Positions 15,581 through 17,725 of a stretch of DNA of 17,725 nucleotides are shown one piece after another. The position numbers and the translations under genes are program-made. The first letter of the stretch is position 1, and every line of letters starts with the position of its first letter. The stretch covers positions 1 to 17,725 of the forward strand of contig JBILDU010000065.1 in the NCBI GenBank assembly GCA_044352465.1, read 5' to 3'. This stretch comes from Bdellovibrionota bacterium (lineage in GTDB: Bacteria; Bdellovibrionota_C; UBA2361). Under the pieces are notes generated by a model that worked only from the letters and a program-made list of their open reading frames with translations, did not search any database and was not told the DNA's origin.

Positions 15581-16145
15581 ATCCACTCCAGAGAGCTGTG
15601 TTGAGTATCGTCTCGCCTTTCCCCCGCTCTTTGTACGCGACCAATTTTGCAGAGGCGCTCGAGTTATCGAAAAAGTACCAATAGTCCGATAGATGCCGTT
15701 AACTCGTCATGAAGTTCTTAATACTCCGGTCGAACCGCCTCCGAAGAGTGTCCTCGGGAATATCATGCCCACCTTCCAGAACCCTTCGTCGCACTCTCTC
15801 AATAGATATCTCAGCAGAGCTGACAGCTATGTAGCAAATAGTCGTGTCATAACCGGTATCTTGAGCTCGTTTCAGTACTGTTTTCCAAGATGTCCCCGAC
15901 ATCGTGGATTCAAAAGCGATCGATTCCCGACGGTTAAGACTGACGTGAATTTCTTCAAGAAGTACGCGCCCGGCAGTTATGTCAGAGCCAACTCTAGACT
16001 GAGCTGCCATGCCCTTCGCAATGATATCGGCGTTAAGGTAGGTGTATATATTCTTATTCAGCATCAAAAATTCAGCGACCGTGGACTTCCCCGCACCATT
16101 TGGCCCCGCCACGATAACGAAATTTTGCCTGCTATGGTCGTTCAC
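15567..16145 (-). pseudogene. Zeta-toxin-like/AAA (COG4185-type) P-loop ATPase with an in-frame nonsense codon
   Basis: IVAGPNGAGKST, YLNADIIA, AFESTMSG and RVRRRVLEGGHDIPE. TAA at 15701-15699 is followed in frame by RHLSDYWYFFDNSSASAKLVAYKERGKGETILNTALWSGYERR, ending at TGA 15569-15567. Confidence 0.8.
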
Positions 16146-16593
16146 TGCGGCACCTTATCAGATTCCTCGCCGATCGGAAAAGACAACCCTCCTCCTGGTC
16201 TCCCCTCCCCCTGGTCCGTCCCAACCTATCTCTCCAGGTCGGGAAAGTCTCAATCTTCAATCCAACTGCCGGATATAATGCTACTTTATCAACGGCTTTT
16301 CTTTAACTAGGTTAAAGTAACCGGCCTAAAAGCAAACCCAGGAAGTATTTATCGATAGCAGCACAGGAACTGGGGCTACCACGAATAGCAGCCCGGGCGG
16401 CGGAGCGGAGGCGCTCGAAGGCACTCAAGAGAGAAATCGTCGCCCTGACCATGGAACAGGCATGAAAAACCCCCTTGAAAAGGGCATGAGCTGAAGTCCC
16501 CCCATTCACGACCCGCACCACTTAATGATGGGCAATCGGCTCCATCCGGCCTACAATAAAAAGGAGCTCTCGCACTCGCTCAACGGAAGGGAC

Positions 16594-17725
16594 ATGGTTC
16601 GATTCCTCGCTTTAGCTGTCGGTGTATGCGCGGCTATTCTCTCGCCCCTCCCCCTTTCTTCCCTTAACGCCTCGGCTCAAGACATCTCAAGTTTTCGGCT
16701 CGGTACTAATCTGAACGAGGTGAACGACTACTCACCGCAGCTTCCGTTCCGTGACCTATTTCTCTTCTCTCGCGAGTGGATTACCCAGTGCCGTGTCGGA
16801 ATCGACCCGGGATGTGTGATTGGGAACGCCTTCGACACCGGCGAGGGAGGCTCTCTCGACCTCGACGACAACGGCTGGGTACGCTCACTGCCGGCGCCGG
16901 CGAGCCCCGTCATCTTCACTCAAGCGGCAACGGTGTGGGACTTACCGGCGGAGTTCCCCTCCGGCACCTTTATCGTCCTCTACGAGGGCAGCGGCTCAAT
17001 CGAGTATGCACTCGGAGCAACCAAAGATGTCGGCGCATCGGCACCCGGTCGCGACGTCGTGAGTGTCAACGTCGCTAACGGGCCTATCGTCCTTCGGATC
17101 GCCGCGACAAACCCCGCGAACTACATCCGCAATATCCGCTTCGTGCGGGCAAGCGATGAGAGCGGACTCGCCACCAATCGGTTCTCCGCAGCCTTCCTCT
17201 CCCAGCTCGAGCCCTATCAGGTCTTACGTTTCATGGATTGGATGCGGACCAATAATTCAGCCGTATCCGCGTGGAGTGAACGCGCAAAGCCCGCTGACTC
17301 CCGATACTCTACTCCACGGGGAGTACCACCGGAGATTATGGTCGAGCTGTCGAATACGACCGGCAAAGCCCCGTGGTTTACCCTTCCCGCCCGGGCAACG
17401 AACGAGTTCGTGGCGAATTTCGCGACGGTCGTGCGTGACAACTTGGCCCCCTCCCTCCCCGTATTTCTTGAGTATTCGAACGAGATATGGAACGGCGCGT
17501 TCTCACAAGGAGAGTTTGTCGAGGCCCAAGGCGTGGCTGAATTTTCGGGCCAACCAGGCAGTGGATACACCAAAAGAATAAACTGGTACGGCAAGCGCTC
17601 AGCTGAAATCTGTAACATCTGGAAAAGCCACTTTGGAGCAAATGCAAATCGGGTCGTTTGTATTATTGCATCGCAGGCGGCCAATACATTTACCGGGGAT
17701 GAGGCGATGCGTTGTCCGCTGTGGA
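16594..17725 (+). CDS. Secreted glycoside-hydrolase-like protein (often annotated as cellulose-binding protein); partial, runs off the window
   Basis: Manually translated open frame from ATG 16594 (GGAAGG upstream) to the window end. Signal peptide MVRFLALAVGVCAAILSPLPLSSLNASAQ, then LGTNLNEVNDYSPQLPFRDLF, LDDNGW, YIRNIR, VLRFMDWMRTN and VFLEYSNEIWN. Confidence 0.8.
   Translation, partial: MVRFLALAVGVCAAILSPLPLSSLNASAQDISSFRLGTNLNEVNDYSPQLPFRDLFLFSREWITQCRVGIDPGCVIGNAFDTGEGGSLDLDDNGWVRSLPAPASPVIFTQAATVWDLPAEFPSGTFIVLYEGSGSIEYALGATKDVGASAPGRDVVSVNVANGPIVLRIAATNPANYIRNIRFVRASDESGLATNRFSAAFLSQLEPYQVLRFMDWMRTNNSAVSAWSERAKPADSRYSTPRGVPPEIMVELSNTTGKAPWFTLPARATNEFVANFATVVRDNLAPSLPVFLEYSNEIWNGAFSQGEFVEAQGVAEFSGQPGSGYTKRINWYGKRSAEICNIWKSHFGANANRVVCIIASQAANTFTGDEAMRCPLW

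Noticed and set aside
15693..16310. 205-aa plus-strand ORF
   Set aside because: Antisense shadow of the ATPase gene with no motifs.
16314..16380. Partial resemblance to the c-di-GMP-I riboswitch P2 arm (AAAGTAACCGGCCTAAA...GGGGCTACC)
   Set aside because: The upstream GGCAAAC/GNRA P1 arm and GACGC junction are absent and pairing is poor; an Infernal search against the Rfam c-di-GMP-I model would settle it.

Overview
Bacterial genomic window with no rRNA, tRNA, CRISPR array or transposase recognised. The left half (72-8706) is a divergent arginine biosynthesis cluster. argG-argH run on the minus strand; on the plus strand are an HTH-like/ACT-domain putative regulator, an uncharacterised DUF1611/DgcN-like P-loop protein, then argC-argD-argF-argB. 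No argA, argJ, argE or argR is present in the window. The divergent intergenic region carries two TGTC-N8-GACA palindromes 30 bp apart. The right half is accessory: a secreted M43 (ulilysin-like) metalloprotease, a FkbM methyltransferase, and a two-gene operon (PRTase-like/HAD fusion plus nucleoside hydrolase) preceded by a 17-codon His/Arg-rich leader ORF and a pyrimidine-rich tract. Then come a vapBC toxin-antitoxin pair with an apparently leaderless promoter, a zeta-like P-loop ATPase gene broken by one in-frame TAA with its small partner gene, and the 5' part of a secreted glycoside-hydrolase-like protein that the ORF track missed. The best candidates for undescribed biology are (i) a non-canonical glutamate acetylation step and an ArgR-independent ACT regulator/operator in the arg cluster, and (ii) the leader-controlled PRTase-HAD/nucleoside hydrolase operon. 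Family assignments come from motif recognition only; no searches were run.
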